Positions 1-11,515 are shown, numbered from the stretch's first letter. The stretch is DNA of 64,000 nt from Thiopseudomonas sp. (GCA_023228985.1 JALOAC010000007.1:22254-86253); one strand, 5' to 3'. Translations and numbers: made by a program. Notes: generated by a model from the sequence alone, not told the origin.

Positions 1-333
1 GATCGTTCCTACAACTGGGGTGCGGGGATCACGCGTCACTTTACCTTGTCATCCTTTGTGAAGCACAACATGCCACTAGGTCAACCTAATACACTGACCG
101 ATCAGCAGGCTTGGGATGTGGCCTATTACATTAATAGCCATGAGCGTCCGCAAGAACCGCGCTATACCGGTGATGTGAAGGAAACTAGAGAAAAATATCT
201 GGATACCTTCCATGTGCACACCAATTACGGATTGAAGGTTGAAGGCCGTTTGTTGGGTGATCATAAGAATACGGGCGAGAAAGACTTCTTAAAACCCGAT
301 GTTCTGCGTCCACGCACCTATACCGCCGATTAA
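1..333 (+). CDS. C-terminal part of a c-type cytochrome, TsdA (thiosulfate dehydrogenase/tetrathionate reductase)-like; truncated by window edge
   Basis: Frame 1 is open from base 1: DRSYNWGAG...FVKHNMPLG...LTDQQAWDVAYYINSHERP, matching the TsdA heme-2 region pattern (SxNxGAG...NMPxG...AWDVA). The CxxCH motifs lie outside the window. Confidence 0.7.
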   Translation, partial: DRSYNWGAGITRHFTLSSFVKHNMPLGQPNTLTDQQAWDVAYYINSHERPQEPRYTGDVKETREKYLDTFHVHTNYGLKVEGRLLGDHKNTGEKDFLKPDVLRPRTYTAD

Positions 334-350
334 GCAGGTTGCAGTAATAT

Positions 351-382
351 AAAAAATGGACTCACACGAGTCCATTTTTTTT
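351..382 (+). terminator. Intrinsic terminator, probably bidirectional
   Basis: AAAAAATGGACTC-ACAC-GAGTCCATTTTTTTT perfect hairpin with T-tract after the stop at 333. Confidence 0.85.
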
Positions 383-493
383 GTCGTACCCATCAGGTTT
401 AAAGCGAATCACTCGCCTGTAAACAATCTGTGCGTTTGTGTGTATATCTAGCTATAATCCCCCATTTATTCATTTGCTGGATTTGGGGTTGCT

Positions 494-1759
494 ATGACTA
501 ATGATGTTTTAACCTATATGCACGGGTTAGGGCAGGCAGCGCGGGATGCTTCGCGGGTGTTGGCCAGTGCTTCAACTGCACAAAAGAATAATGCTTTGTT
601 AGCTACAGCGCAGGAATTAGAGCAGGCCAGTCAGTCGTTATTGGCGGCCAATGCTAAAGATATGGCTGCAGGACGTGCGAACGGCTTGGATGATGCCATG
701 CTAGATCGCTTAGAGTTAACACCGCAGCGTATTGAAGAGATGATTGAAGGCTTGCGCCAAGTGGCAGCCCTTCCTGACCCTATTGGCGAAATTCAAGATA
801 TGCGCTATGTGCCTTCAGGTATTCAGTTGGGCAAAATGCGTGTGCCGCTTGGAGTGATAGGCATTATTTATGAGTCACGCCCCAACGTAACAGTTGAGGC
901 GGCTAGTCTGTGCTTGAAATCCGGTAATGCGACTATTTTGCGTGGCGGCTCTGAAGCCATCCATTCTAACCAGGCCATTGCTGAGTGCATTGTTCGCGCT
1001 CTGGCGACCACTGGCTTACCAGCAACAGCTGTACAGGTAGTGGCGACGACAGATCGAGCGGCTGTAGGTGCGCTAATTACCATGCCTGAATTTGTCGATG
1101 TGATTGTGCCGCGTGGTGGCAAGAGCTTGATTGAGCGTATTTCCCGTGAAGCCAAGGTGCCGGTAATTAAACATCTTGATGGCGTGTGCCATGTCTATGT
1201 CGATGAATTTGCGGACGCAAAAAAAGCGATTCGTGTGGCGGATAACTCCAAAACGCAGCGTTATGCGCCCTGCAACGCCATGGAAACCTTGCTTGTTCAC
1301 AGCTCGCAAATTGAGTCAGTGCTCAAGCCTTTGGTGGCTATATTTCAAGAGAAGAGTGTTGAGCTACGCGGTTGTTCACGCTGCTTAGAACACTTCACCG
1401 AAGCTATGCAGCCAGCGACTGAAGACGATTGGTATGCAGAATACAATGCGCCAATCTTGGCAGTTAAAATTTTGGATTCGCTGGATGAGGCGATTAAGCA
1501 TATTAATAAGTACAGCTCGCAGCACACCGATAGCATTATTACGGAAAACTATACCCACTCACGTACGTTCTTGACCCAAGTGGATTCTAGCTCGGTGATG
1601 ATCAACGCTTCGACCCGCTTTGCCGATGGTTTTGAATACGGTCTGGGCGCTGAAATAGGTATTTCTACGGACAAGCTGCACGCCCGTGGCCCAGTGGGTT
1701 TGTTAGGTTTAACGAGTGAAAAATACATAGTCTTTGGTGACGGACACATACGTGGCTAA
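494..1759 (+). CDS. proA: Glutamate-5-semialdehyde dehydrogenase
   Basis: 421 aa; [26 protein letters not shown] and [18 protein letters not shown] motifs. Confidence 0.97.
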   Translation: MTNDVLTYMHGLGQAARDASRVLASASTAQKNNALLATAQELEQASQSLLAANAKDMAAGRANGLDDAMLDRLELTPQRIEEMIEGLRQVAALPDPIGEIQDMRYVPSGIQLGKMRVPLGVIGIIYESRPNVTVEAASLCLKSGNATILRGGSEAIHSNQAIAECIVRALATTGLPATAVQVVATTDRAAVGALITMPEFVDVIVPRGGKSLIERISREAKVPVIKHLDGVCHVYVDEFADAKKAIRVADNSKTQRYAPCNAMETLLVHSSQIESVLKPLVAIFQEKSVELRGCSRCLEHFTEAMQPATEDDWYAEYNAPILAVKILDSLDEAIKHINKYSSQHTDSIITENYTHSRTFLTQVDSSSVMINASTRFADGFEYGLGAEIGISTDKLHARGPVGLLGLTSEKYIVFGDGHIRG

Positions 1760-2393
1760 ACGCTTGGCTGTTTTTGGCGGTACCTTTGATCCGGTTCATA
1801 TAGGGCATTTGCGCAGTGCGTTGGAAGTGGCGCAGGCGTTAAAGTTGGATGCGGTGCATCTAGTTCCTAATGCGTTGCCGCCACACCGGGCAGCACCCAA
1901 CGTCAGTGCACAGCAGCGTTTGCAGATGGTGGAGCTAGCGATTGCCAATGAGCCTTTGTTAACTGTGGATGCGCGTGAACTTAAACGTGATAAGCCTTCT
2001 TGGACCATAGATACACTCATATCGTTACGCCAAGAGCTGGCGCCGCACGATCAGTTATTTTTTGTGTTGGGCTGGGATGCTTTTTGTGGTTTGCCTAGTT
2101 GGCATCGTTGGAGTGAATTGTTAGAGCACTGCCATCTGTTGGTATTGCAGCGCCCTGATATGCTACTGCAAGCACCAGCGGCTGTGCATGCGTTTATTGA
2201 CAACAAAGTAGCTACTGATTGGCAGGAGATAACGAGTCCAGCCGGTTCGGTGGTTTTTTTACAACAAACCCCCTTGGCTGTTTCCGCTACGCAGATTAGA
2301 AAACTGCTAAGCGAAGGCAAAAATATACGTTATTTAGTGCCGGATACGGTTTTTGAATTTATACAAACACAGGGCTTGTATCAGCCTGTTTAA
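1752..2393 (+). CDS. nadD: Nicotinate-nucleotide adenylyltransferase
   Basis: [11 protein letters not shown] (HxGH) and VSATQIR motifs. Likely GTG start at 1752, overlapping the proA stop. Confidence 0.95.
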   Translation: MAKRLAVFGGTFDPVHIGHLRSALEVAQALKLDAVHLVPNALPPHRAAPNVSAQQRLQMVELAIANEPLLTVDARELKRDKPSWTIDTLISLRQELAPHDQLFFVLGWDAFCGLPSWHRWSELLEHCHLLVLQRPDMLLQAPAAVHAFIDNKVATDWQEITSPAGSVVFLQQTPLAVSATQIRKLLSEGKNIRYLVPDTVFEFIQTQGLYQPV

Positions 2394-2410
2394 CTGAGGT
2401 TAGGAATTTA

Positions 2411-2776
2411 ATGTTGCTTAATGAACAAGTAGTAGCTCTGGTAATTGAAGCACTGGATGACGGTAAAGCCAAAAATATTCTGGATATCGATGTACGCGGC
2501 AAAACCAGCGTTACTGATTTTATGGTGATTGCTTCGGGCACGTCGGCGCGTCATGTCAAAGGTCTTGCTAATGCGGTTTTGGTCAAGGCCAAAGAGCAAG
2601 GCTGCAAACCATTGGGCAGTGAAGGTATAGACAATGGTGAGTGGGCGCTGATTGATTTGGGTGATGTGGTAGTGCATATCATGCAAGAGGAAGTGCGTGA
2701 GTTCTATGATCTGGAAAAGCTCTGGCAAGGCGCTGAGCAAAGCCGCATTGAACAGGGCACTGTGCAGAGAGATTAA
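2411..2776 (+). CDS. rsfS: Ribosome silencing factor
   Basis: 121 aa; [14 protein letters not shown] and [14 protein letters not shown]...[10 protein letters not shown]. Confidence 0.95.
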   Translation: MLLNEQVVALVIEALDDGKAKNILDIDVRGKTSVTDFMVIASGTSARHVKGLANAVLVKAKEQGCKPLGSEGIDNGEWALIDLGDVVVHIMQEEVREFYDLEKLWQGAEQSRIEQGTVQRD

Positions 2777-2779
2777 ACC

Positions 2780-3247
2780 GTGCGCGTTCGTTTAATCACC
2801 GTAGGCAGTAAAATGCCGCGCTGGGTAGAAGAAGGCTGGCACACCTATGCCAAGCGTATGCCGCCAGAGTTGCAGCTTGATCTGGTTGAAATACCCTTAT
2901 CTACGCGCAGTAAAAATGCTGATATTGCTCGCTTGATTCGTCAGGAGGGTGATCTGATGCTGGCTAAGGTGCAGCCAGGCGAGACTGTCGTTACCCTAGA
3001 AGTGCAAGGTAAGGCTTGGAGCACTGAACAGCTGGCAGTGGAGTTGGATAGGTGGCGTAATGAAGCGCGCACGGTCAATCTAATGGTGGGCGGTCCAGAA
3101 GGCTTGGCACAGCAGGTGATTGAGCGTAGCGAGAAAAAATGGTCGTTATCACCACTGACTTTGCCCCATCCGTTGGTGCGAATTCTGGTGGGTGAGCAAA
3201 TCTACCGTGCATGGACTGTGTTAAACGGCCATCCCTATCATAAGTAA
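2780..3247 (+). CDS. rlmH: 23S rRNA m3Psi1915 methyltransferase
   Basis: 155 aa SPOUT protein; VGGPEGL...[23 protein letters not shown]...HPYHK. Confidence 0.96.
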   Translation: MRVRLITVGSKMPRWVEEGWHTYAKRMPPELQLDLVEIPLSTRSKNADIARLIRQEGDLMLAKVQPGETVVTLEVQGKAWSTEQLAVELDRWRNEARTVNLMVGGPEGLAQQVIERSEKKWSLSPLTLPHPLVRILVGEQIYRAWTVLNGHPYHK

Positions 3248-3262
3248 CTAGAGCTTGCTTTT

Positions 3263-5137
3263 ATGTCATCACCTATTCGATTAAAAGATCATGCGCTGGA
3301 TAAGCGTCTGATCCATTCTCGTTTAATGATGACAGCTCTGCTTGTTTTGTTGCTATCAATGGTGTTGGTAGCACGCATGTATTACCTGCAAGTTGTGCAG
3401 TATGAGCATCACTCAACCTTAGCGGAAAATAACCGCATCCATGTGCAGCCTTTGCCTCCCACGCGTGGGCTGATCTACGATCGCAATGGCGTGATTTTAG
3501 CTGAGAACAGACCCAGTTTTAGTTTGACAATTACTAAAGAGCGGGCGGGTGAGTGGCAAGCGGTGCTGCAAGAGATTGTTAAGGTTTTGCAGCTCGATGA
3601 AGAGAATTTCATACAATTCGAAGAGCGGGTCACGCAGGTGCGTCGTCCGTTTGAGCCCGTGCCTATTTTGTTTGAGTTGTCTGAGGAACAAATCGCACTT
3701 ATAGCAATTAATCAGTTTAGATTGCCCGGGGTTGAGGTTGCAGCCCACTTGGTGCGTCATTATCCAAAGGGTAAAAGCTTTGCCCACTCGGTAGGCTATG
3801 TTGGGCGCATTAACGAAGATGAGCTAAAAAAACTCGATAAAGTACGGTACAGCGGCACGCACCATATCGGCAAAACAGGCGTTGAGCGGTTTTACGAAGA
3901 TGAGCTACACGGCGAAGTGGGCTACGAGGAAGTGGAAACGAATGCCCGTGGACGCGTCTTGCGCGTACTGAAACGTAACGAAGCTCAATCCGGTAAGGAT
4001 ATTTATTTAACGCTGGATTATGAATTACAGCAGGTAGCCAAAAAAGCGCTAGCAGGGCGGCGTGGCGCGGTGGTTGCTTTAGTGCCTGATACGGGTGAGA
4101 TTCTAGCTATGGTCAGTGAGCCAAGCTTTGATCCCAATCTGTTTGTTACAGGGATTAGTTTTAAAGCCTATGGCGAGCTAAGGGACTCAATCGATCAGCC
4201 TTTGTTTAATCGGGTTTTACGCGGTCTGTATCCGCCTGGATCAACCATTAAACCCATGGTGGCTGTTGCAGGTCTGGATACAGGAGTGATAACACCGAGC
4301 AGCAAGGTGTTTGATCCAGGGTTTTATCAACTACCCAACAATACCCACAAGTACCGCAACTGGAACCGTCTTGGCGATGGTTGGGTGGATCTTGATTTAG
4401 CTATAGCACGTTCCAATGATACGTACTTCTATGATCTGGCTTATAAGCTAGGTATCGATAATTTACACAAATACATGGACAGCTTTGGTTTTGGTCAGCG
4501 GGTAGCCTTGGATGTGTTTGGGGAAAGTGCCGGCCTGATGCCTTCCAGAGATTGGAAGCGTGCGCGCTATCGTCAGCCTTGGTATCCAGGTGAAACTTTA
4601 ATTCTGGGTATTGGTCAGGGCTATATGCAATCTACGCCGCTGCAGTTGGCGCATGCGACTGGTTTAATGGCCACTCGTGGTAAGTGGGTACGTCCGCATT
4701 TGGCTAAAACAGTAGGTGGCGTGCCCGTGACTGATGAATCCCCACACCCGGATATTAAGTTATCTAACAGTAAGTATTGGGAGTCGGTGCGTGACGGTAT
4801 GGAAAGCGTGATGCATGGAGCCAGAGGTACAGCGAGAAAAGTGGGTGAAGGCTCGCCATACAGAATCGCAGGGAAAAGCGGTACAGCACAAGTGGTTGCC
4901 ATTAAACAGGGCGAAAAATACGACCGTGATAAGGTGCAAGAGCGCCACCGTGACCATGCTTTATTTATTGCCTACGCTCCCGCAGAGAACCCGCAAATAG
5001 CTGTTGCTGTAATGGTGGAGAACGGTGAGTCTGGCTCAGGTGTAGCAGCGCCGGTAGCAAAAATGGTATTGGATGGCTGGCTGCTTGGCCCAACGGCTGA
5101 TGAAGACATTGAGCCACAGACTCAGGAAACAGAATAA
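3263..5137 (+). CDS. mrdA: Penicillin-binding protein 2
   Basis: 624 aa; N-terminal TM segment; SxxK (PGSTIK), SxD (RSNDTYFY) and KSG (AGKSGTAQ) motifs. Confidence 0.96.
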   Translation: MSSPIRLKDHALDKRLIHSRLMMTALLVLLLSMVLVARMYYLQVVQYEHHSTLAENNRIHVQPLPPTRGLIYDRNGVILAENRPSFSLTITKERAGEWQAVLQEIVKVLQLDEENFIQFEERVTQVRRPFEPVPILFELSEEQIALIAINQFRLPGVEVAAHLVRHYPKGKSFAHSVGYVGRINEDELKKLDKVRYSGTHHIGKTGVERFYEDELHGEVGYEEVETNARGRVLRVLKRNEAQSGKDIYLTLDYELQQVAKKALAGRRGAVVALVPDTGEILAMVSEPSFDPNLFVTGISFKAYGELRDSIDQPLFNRVLRGLYPPGSTIKPMVAVAGLDTGVITPSSKVFDPGFYQLPNNTHKYRNWNRLGDGWVDLDLAIARSNDTYFYDLAYKLGIDNLHKYMDSFGFGQRVALDVFGESAGLMPSRDWKRARYRQPWYPGETLILGIGQGYMQSTPLQLAHATGLMATRGKWVRPHLAKTVGGVPVTDESPHPDIKLSNSKYWESVRDGMESVMHGARGTARKVGEGSPYRIAGKSGTAQVVAIKQGEKYDRDKVQERHRDHALFIAYAPAENPQIAVAVMVENGESGSGVAAPVAKMVLDGWLLGPTADEDIEPQTQETE

Positions 5138-6282
5138 TGCAGAAGAAATTCGATGCTTTGCTTGATAGCGGTGATGTGACGCGTCGTCGAGTTTCTTTGT
5201 TGCAGCGGGTGCATTTAGATGGTTGGTTATTGCTGTTAATTTTGCTGATTGGTAGCGTGGGGTTTTTTATTCTGTATTCCGCGGGCAGTAAAAGTGAAGC
5301 TTTGCTGATTAAGCAGGCAAGCTCTTTTGCAGTGGGTTTATTTGTCATGGCTGTAATCGCTCAGCTAGAACCAAGGCTGATGGCGCGTTGGGCAGCAGGA
5401 TTATACATAATTGGTTTTGGCCTGTTGGTTGTGGTTGAGGTGATGGGGCATAGCGCCATGGGGGCGACCCGCTGGATAAATATTCCAGGCGTCATGCGTT
5501 TTCAACCCTCAGAATTAATGAAATTATTTATGCCGCTCGCTGTCGCATGGTATTTAGTGCGTCATAATCTGCCGCCGACTTTTAAACACATCGTGGTCAG
5601 TTTGTTGTTGATTGTGCTGCCCTGTGCGCTTATTGCACGCCAGCCCGATTTGGGTACATCCTTGTTGGTAGCGGCTTCGGGCTTGTTTGTGTTGTTTTTA
5701 AGCGGCTTGCGTTGGCGTTGGATTATTGCTGCTATAGCGGCGGCTGTGCCAGCAGGTATAGTGACCTGGCTGTTTTTTTTGCGCAGTTATCAGCGTCAGC
5801 GTGTTATGACCTTTTTAAGTCCAGAGAGCGATCCGCTGGGCAGTGGCTGGAATATTATTCAGTCTAAAGCCGCTATAGGTTCTGGCGGTACTACGGGTAA
5901 AGGTTGGTTGGCAGGAACCCAGTCGCATTTGGATTTTTTACCTGAAAGCCATACTGACTTTATTATTGCGGTACTCGCTGAAGAGTTTGGTTTGGTGGGT
6001 GTGTGCCTGCTTTTACTCTGTTATTTATTGCTGATTGCGCGTGCGTTTATTATTACTTTGCAGGCACAAACAGTCTTTAATAAGCTGTTGGCGGGCTCTA
6101 TTACACTGACATTTTTCATCTATGTTTTTGTTAACATAGGCATGGTTAGCGGGCTGCTACCCGTGGTGGGAGTGCCCCTGCCCTTCATTAGTTTTGGCGG
6201 AACATCCTTGGTAACACTGCTGTCAGGTTTTGGTATTTTGATGGCGATTCATACACATAGAAAATGGATTTCTTATGCGTAA
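5137..6282 (+). CDS. rodA: Rod shape-determining SEDS protein RodA
   Basis: 381 aa polytopic protein; FQPSELMK, QPDLGT, LPESHTDFI and LPFISFGGTS motifs; follows mrdA. Confidence 0.96.
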   Translation: MQKKFDALLDSGDVTRRRVSLLQRVHLDGWLLLLILLIGSVGFFILYSAGSKSEALLIKQASSFAVGLFVMAVIAQLEPRLMARWAAGLYIIGFGLLVVVEVMGHSAMGATRWINIPGVMRFQPSELMKLFMPLAVAWYLVRHNLPPTFKHIVVSLLLIVLPCALIARQPDLGTSLLVAASGLFVLFLSGLRWRWIIAAIAAAVPAGIVTWLFFLRSYQRQRVMTFLSPESDPLGSGWNIIQSKAAIGSGGTTGKGWLAGTQSHLDFLPESHTDFIIAVLAEEFGLVGVCLLLLCYLLLIARAFIITLQAQTVFNKLLAGSITLTFFIYVFVNIGMVSGLLPVVGVPLPFISFGGTSLVTLLSGFGILMAIHTHRKWISYA

Positions 6283-6300
6283 ATCTAGCTTTTATGGAAG

Positions 6301-7287
6301 GTGATTGTGATTAAGAAAACTCTATCTGCTTTGTTGTTAAGCTGTGGGCTGTCTACAGCTATGGCGCAAAACTATACTGAACAAGCTCAAGTACAGGATT
6401 TTATTGAAGAAATGGTGCTTGAATATGGCTTTTCAGCCGAATATTTACAGCAGGTTTTAGGTCAAGCAAAAAAGCAACAGAGTATTTTAGATGCGATTTC
6501 GCGCCCGGCCGAGCGGGTGAAGCCTTGGAAAGAATATAGACCCATTTTTTTAACCCAGCAACGCCTTGATAAAGGTCTAGCGTTTTGGCGCGAACATGAG
6601 CAAGCACTGGCGCAAGCAGAGCGAGAATATGGCGTTCCGGCAGAGTTTATCGTGGCTATTATAGGTGTGGAAACCATGTACGGTGGCAATACCGGTCGTT
6701 ATCGCGTACTGGATGCGTTATCGACATTGAGCTTTGATTACCCACCGCGCGCGCCTTTTTTTCGTTCACAGTTAAGAGAGTTTTTGTTGCTGGTACGCGA
6801 AGAACTGTTTGAGCCAACCGAGTTAACAGGCTCTTATGCAGGTGCAATGGGTTTGCCGCAGTTTATGCCGGGAAGTTTTCGTGCGTATGCGGTAGATTTT
6901 AATCAGGACGGTAAAATAAATATTTGGACTGATGCTGAGGATGCTATTGGCAGCGTGGCTAATTATTTTATTAAGCATGGCTGGCAGCCTGAGCAGGACG
7001 TTGCCGTACAGGCACAGTTAAATAGCCAGGCAGCGGAGCAGGGTTTAACAGGTTCTTTGACGCCTAAGCATAGTTTTAAAGAACTAGCAGCCATGGGATG
7101 GAGCACAGAGCAAACGGTCAATGATGATGCTATGGTGACGGCCTTTAAATTGGCCGCAGAGCAGGGTGATGAGTATTGGTTGGGGTTAACAAACTTCCAA
7201 ACTATTACCAAGTATAACCGCAGTGAAATGTACGCCATGGCAGTAACACAGTTGGCACACGAACTTGCACAGCAGTATCGGGATTAA
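6301..7287 (+). CDS. mltB: Lytic murein transglycosylase B (MltB/SltB1)
   Basis: IIGVETMYG, GSYAGAMGLPQFMP and YNRS motifs. The start may be GTG 6307. Confidence 0.92.
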   Translation: MIVIKKTLSALLLSCGLSTAMAQNYTEQAQVQDFIEEMVLEYGFSAEYLQQVLGQAKKQQSILDAISRPAERVKPWKEYRPIFLTQQRLDKGLAFWREHEQALAQAEREYGVPAEFIVAIIGVETMYGGNTGRYRVLDALSTLSFDYPPRAPFFRSQLREFLLLVREELFEPTELTGSYAGAMGLPQFMPGSFRAYAVDFNQDGKINIWTDAEDAIGSVANYFIKHGWQPEQDVAVQAQLNSQAAEQGLTGSLTPKHSFKELAAMGWSTEQTVNDDAMVTAFKLAAEQGDEYWLGLTNFQTITKYNRSEMYAMAVTQLAHELAQQYRD

Positions 7288-7292
7288 GCGTA

Positions 7293-8264
7293 ATGAGAAA
7301 ACCAATATCTAAGTTTTGCTGGCTGCTAGCCATAGCAGTGTCTATCTCAGGCTGCCAAAACAGAGGCAAGGTGGTCAGCCAGCCAGAAGCATCTATGCCT
7401 GCTGCGACTCAAACCATTAAGCGTACGGCAAAAGATGGTGCGCCCTGGTGGGATAAAGATGTGTCCAGCATACCTGACGCCGTACCAACGCCTCATTATG
7501 GTCCTTATAAAGCAGCACCCTATGCGGTTTTAGGTAAAAAATATTACCCTATACAGGATGCAAGCCAGTACCAAGAAACGGGCTTGGCGTCTTGGTACGG
7601 TACCAAGTTTCATGGGCAAGACACCGCCAATGGTGAAAAATACGATCTGTACGGCATGACCGCAGCGCACAAGACGTTGCCCTTGCCCAGCTATGTGCAA
7701 GTAACCAACTTGGATAATGGCGAAAAAGTAGTGTTGCGTGTTAACGACCGCGGCCCTTTTTATGCGGATCGCATTATTGACCTTTCTTTTGCAGCTGCGA
7801 AAAAGCTGGGTTTTGCCGAAAAAGGCGTGGCTAGAGTAAAAGTAGAAGGAATTAATCCTGAACAGTGGTGGGCACAGCAGGGCAAGCAAACGCCGGTGAT
7901 GGGTACTTATCAAGCTTCGAATACGCTTAAGCAAGACGCTGAGGAGCAGTATGAGCCACCATTGACACAGCATGCGGGCGCTGTATTGCCGTTACAGATA
8001 CAGCAGCAAGCCACGCACAATATCACCACGGGTCTGTATCTGCAGGCGGGTGCTTTTGCGAATCCGGATGCGGCGCAGCTGTTACGTGATAAGCTGACAG
8101 ATATGACGCAAAGCACGGTATTTGTGAGCTCCGTGGTCATTGAAGAGCAGGTTCTGCACCGCGTGCGTATCGGACCCATTGCATCACGCGACGACGCTGA
8201 ACTCTTACAGCAGCGAATCCGGGAAGCTAACTTAGCAACCCCGTCTCTAGTTTTTAATAATTAG
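7293..8264 (+). CDS. rlpA: Septal ring lytic transglycosylase RlpA lipoprotein
   Basis: Lipobox ISGC; DPBB domain (ASWYG, AAHKTLPLP, VNDRGPF, RIIDLS); C-terminal SPOR domain. Confidence 0.94.
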   Translation: MRKPISKFCWLLAIAVSISGCQNRGKVVSQPEASMPAATQTIKRTAKDGAPWWDKDVSSIPDAVPTPHYGPYKAAPYAVLGKKYYPIQDASQYQETGLASWYGTKFHGQDTANGEKYDLYGMTAAHKTLPLPSYVQVTNLDNGEKVVLRVNDRGPFYADRIIDLSFAAAKKLGFAEKGVARVKVEGINPEQWWAQQGKQTPVMGTYQASNTLKQDAEEQYEPPLTQHAGAVLPLQIQQQATHNITTGLYLQAGAFANPDAAQLLRDKLTDMTQSTVFVSSVVIEEQVLHRVRIGPIASRDDAELLQQRIREANLATPSLVFNN

Positions 8265-8308
8265 TCTGCACAACGAATCACATTGATTTGGCTGGAATTG
8301 GAATAAAA

Positions 8309-9469
8309 ATGAAACTCAAAAAACGTGTTTATAAACTACTTTGTTTAGCCTTGCTTACCCTTACAAGTCATGCATATGCCGCCCAGCCGGTAATTCCAAG
8401 CATGCCTACGTTAGCTGCTAAATCCTATGTGCTCATGGATGCTGAAACAGGGAAAATACTGGTTGAGCATAATGGGCAAGAAGAATTGCCGCCAGCTAGT
8501 TTGACTAAACTGATGACGGCCTATATCGCTACTAAAGAAGTACAAAACGGTCAAATTGCTGAAGATGACCTCGTAACTATTAGCGAGAAAGCTTGGCGCA
8601 CAGGCGGTTCACGCATGTTTATTGAGGTGGGTAAACAGGTTTCGGTAATTGACCTGCTTCGTGGTGTAATTATTCAGTCCGGTAATGATGCTAGCGTGGC
8701 GTTGGCTGAATACATTGCCGGCAGTGAAGAATCCTTTGCCAGCATGATGAATGCCACCGCCAAAAACCTTGGCTTAACCAATACGCACTTTTTAAATGCG
8801 ACAGGTTTGCCGATGGAGAATCATTATTCGTCAGCTATAGATATGGCTAAATTGGCGCGGGCGATTATCTATGATGAGCCTGAGCATTATGCAATCTACG
8901 CACAAAAAGAATTTATTTTTAATGATATTAAGCAGCAAAACAGAAACCTATTGCTCTGGCGCGATAGCACCGTAGACGGCTTAAAAACGGGTCATACGGA
9001 TGAAGCGGGTTACTGTTTAGTCGCGTCTGCAGTACGTGATGACATGCGTTTAATTTCAGTGGTTTTTGGAACCAAGAACGAAGCCAGTCGTGCTGCAGAA
9101 ACACAGAAATTATTAACCTACGGCTTTAGATTTTTTGAAAACAGAACCTTTTATCCTAAAGGTACGGCGTTAGCCAGTCCGGTTGTTTGGAAGGGCAGCA
9201 AAAATCAAATTGACGTAGGTCTAGTTAAAGACCTCACTCTGACAGTTCCGCGCGGCCAAGCGCAAAAATTGACAGCAGAAGCCGTGTTAGATAAGGGAAT
9301 CGTTGCCCCGGTAGAAAAGGGTACACGCTTGGGCATTGTTGAAGTGCGTTTAAGTGGTGAGTTATTGCATAGCGCTGATTTGGTTGCCCTAGAAACTGTA
9401 GAGCAGGGTGGTTTCTTTAAACGTATATGGGACAGTGTACGTTTGTTTTTTTATAATTTATTTAATTAA
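8309..9469 (+). CDS. dacC: D-alanyl-D-alanine carboxypeptidase (PBP5/6)
   Basis: PASLTK (SxxK), SGN and KTG motifs; signal peptide from ATG 8309. Confidence 0.9.
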   Translation: MKLKKRVYKLLCLALLTLTSHAYAAQPVIPSMPTLAAKSYVLMDAETGKILVEHNGQEELPPASLTKLMTAYIATKEVQNGQIAEDDLVTISEKAWRTGGSRMFIEVGKQVSVIDLLRGVIIQSGNDASVALAEYIAGSEESFASMMNATAKNLGLTNTHFLNATGLPMENHYSSAIDMAKLARAIIYDEPEHYAIYAQKEFIFNDIKQQNRNLLLWRDSTVDGLKTGHTDEAGYCLVASAVRDDMRLISVVFGTKNEASRAAETQKLLTYGFRFFENRTFYPKGTALASPVVWKGSKNQIDVGLVKDLTLTVPRGQAQKLTAEAVLDKGIVAPVEKGTRLGIVEVRLSGELLHSADLVALETVEQGGFFKRIWDSVRLFFYNLFN

Positions 9470-9510
9470 TTTAAGCCCAGGGTGCGTGAGTCAAGCGTGC
9501 CTAGGATTAC

Positions 9511-9804
9511 ATGGTTAACGGTCAAATTATGAGCAAAGTAGAACCCCAGCCCCCCAAAATAGAGTTTCCTTGTGCAGACTATCCAATAAAAATTATTGGT
9601 GATAACTGCGATAAATTTATTGATACGGTAGTGGGCATCGTTTGCCAACACTGCCCTGATTTTGAGCAGCAGGTAGAACAGCACTTAAGCAGCAATGGTC
9701 GCTTTATCTCGGTACGGGTATGTATTACCGCTCACGGTGAAGAACATCTAAGCAAGCTTAATGAAGCGTTACGCGAGACTGGCATGGTACGCATGGTGCT
9801 TTAA
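9511..9804 (+). CDS. ybeD: DUF493/YbeD family protein
   Basis: [14 protein letters not shown]...SSNGRFISV...VRMVL; sits between dac and lipB. The start may be 9529. Confidence 0.88.
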   Translation: MVNGQIMSKVEPQPPKIEFPCADYPIKIIGDNCDKFIDTVVGIVCQHCPDFEQQVEQHLSSNGRFISVRVCITAHGEEHLSKLNEALRETGMVRMVL

Positions 9805-10457
9805 TGCCGAGACATATCCAGCTACGCAATCTAGGTATGGTTCCTTATGAACCTGTTTGGCATGCGATGCAACATTTTACCGATACACGTGACGAGCAGA
9901 GCCTAGATGAAATCTGGTTACTGGAGCACCCAGCTGTTTTTACGCAGGGGCAGGCTGGCAAGGCTGAACATTTGCTGATGCCCGGCGATATTCCAGTGGT
10001 ACAGGTGGATCGTGGCGGGCAGGTGACCTATCACGGTCCTGGCCAGTTGGTAGCCTATGTGTTAATTGATGTACGCCGCGCGCAAATGGGCGTGCGCGAG
10101 CTAGTGTCTAAACTAGAAACTACTTTGGTCAAGCTGCTAGCTGGTTACGGTATTGAGGCGTATGCCAAACCTGACGCACCGGGTGTGTATGTGGGTCAGG
10201 CGAAAATTGCATCGCTGGGTTTGCGTATCCGTAGAGGCTGTTCTTTCCATGGCTTAGCACTGAATGTGGACATGGATTTACAGCCTTTCCAGCGCATTAA
10301 TCCCTGTGGTTATCAAGGCTTGGCTATGACCCATATGGCCGCGCTCGTACAAACACCTGTTAATCTAACTGAGGTCGGGCAACAGCTAAGCACTATCCTT
10401 AGCGCAGAGCTTGGCTACCAACACATTATCCCGCAAAACGGTGGCATCGAATTATGA
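9804..10457 (+). CDS. lipB: Octanoyltransferase
   Basis: [23 protein letters not shown] and KIASLGLR...HGLALNV...INPCG motifs. Confidence 0.96.
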   Translation: MPRHIQLRNLGMVPYEPVWHAMQHFTDTRDEQSLDEIWLLEHPAVFTQGQAGKAEHLLMPGDIPVVQVDRGGQVTYHGPGQLVAYVLIDVRRAQMGVRELVSKLETTLVKLLAGYGIEAYAKPDAPGVYVGQAKIASLGLRIRRGCSFHGLALNVDMDLQPFQRINPCGYQGLAMTHMAALVQTPVNLTEVGQQLSTILSAELGYQHIIPQNGGIEL

Positions 10458-11428
10458 ATAAGCAAACCCAAGCTGCAGCGCAAAAATCGCGTCCTGTTGA
10501 AACTGGAGTAAAACTACGTGGTGCTGAAAAGCTGGCACGTATTCCGATCAAAGTGATTCCAACGGATGATGTGCTGCGTAAACCTGATTGGATTAGGGTT
10601 AAAGTGCCGGTTTCGCCTGCAGTTGAGGGCATTAAACAAACGCTACGCAAGCACAAATTGCACAGCGTATGTGAAGAAGCCTCCTGTCCAAACTTGGGTG
10701 AGTGTTTCTCTAGCGGTACAGCTACCTTTATGATTATGGGTGATATCTGCACCCGCCGTTGCCCGTTTTGCGATGTGGGCCATGGCCGTCCCAATGCATT
10801 GGATGCGAATGAGCCGCATAACCTCGCCAAAGCCATTGCGGATATGGGCTTGAACTATGTGGTGATTACTTCGGTTGACCGCGATGATTTGCGTGATGGC
10901 GGGGCGCAGCATTTTGCTGATTGTGTACGCGAAATACGGGCGTTGTCACCGAATATTCAGATTGAAACTCTGGTGCCGGACTACCGTGGGCGTGAAGAAG
11001 TGGCGTTGGCAATTACAGCCCAGACTCCTCCGGATGTGTTTAACCACAACCTAGAAACCGTGCCGCGTTTGTACCGTGCAGCTCGTCCAGGTTCAGACTT
11101 TGAGGGTTCATTGGATTTGCTGGAGCGTTTTAAGCAGACAACACCCCAAGTGCCAACCAAGTCGGGCTTAATGCTAGGACTGGGAGAAACTGACGAGGAA
11201 GTGATCGAGGTGATGCAGCGTATGCGTGAGCATCAGATTGATATGCTGACCTTGGGGCAGTATTTACAACCTTCACGGGATCATATGCCGGTACAACGCT
11301 ATGTGCACCCAGATACCTTTGCGTGGTTTGCGGAGGAAGGCCTGAAAATGGGCTTTAAGAATGTGGCGTCGGGCCCTTTGGTGCGCTCGTCTTACCATGC
11401 AGATCAACAATCGCAAGAAGTTTTGTGA
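10454..11428 (+). CDS. lipA: Lipoyl synthase
   Basis: [12 protein letters not shown], radical-SAM CTRRCPFC and RSSY motifs. Confidence 0.97.
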   Translation: MNKQTQAAAQKSRPVETGVKLRGAEKLARIPIKVIPTDDVLRKPDWIRVKVPVSPAVEGIKQTLRKHKLHSVCEEASCPNLGECFSSGTATFMIMGDICTRRCPFCDVGHGRPNALDANEPHNLAKAIADMGLNYVVITSVDRDDLRDGGAQHFADCVREIRALSPNIQIETLVPDYRGREEVALAITAQTPPDVFNHNLETVPRLYRAARPGSDFEGSLDLLERFKQTTPQVPTKSGLMLGLGETDEEVIEVMQRMREHQIDMLTLGQYLQPSRDHMPVQRYVHPDTFAWFAEEGLKMGFKNVASGPLVRSSYHADQQSQEVL

Positions 11429-11482
11429 ATCCTGTGTTAGGCCGCCTATATAGACTAAACCGCCTGTTGCTCATTTAAAATC

Positions 11483-11515
11483 TTGACAGTGATTACGTTT
11501 AAAACGTATGTTTGA
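11483..11515 (+). promoter_or_regulatory. psrA promoter: sigma70 -35 (TTGACA 11483-11488) and overlapping PsrA-like operator (11500-11515)
   Basis: TAAAAC-GTAT-GTTTGA resembles the PsrA C/GAAAC-N2-4-GTTTG/C box and the two other copies in this window. Confidence 0.7.
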
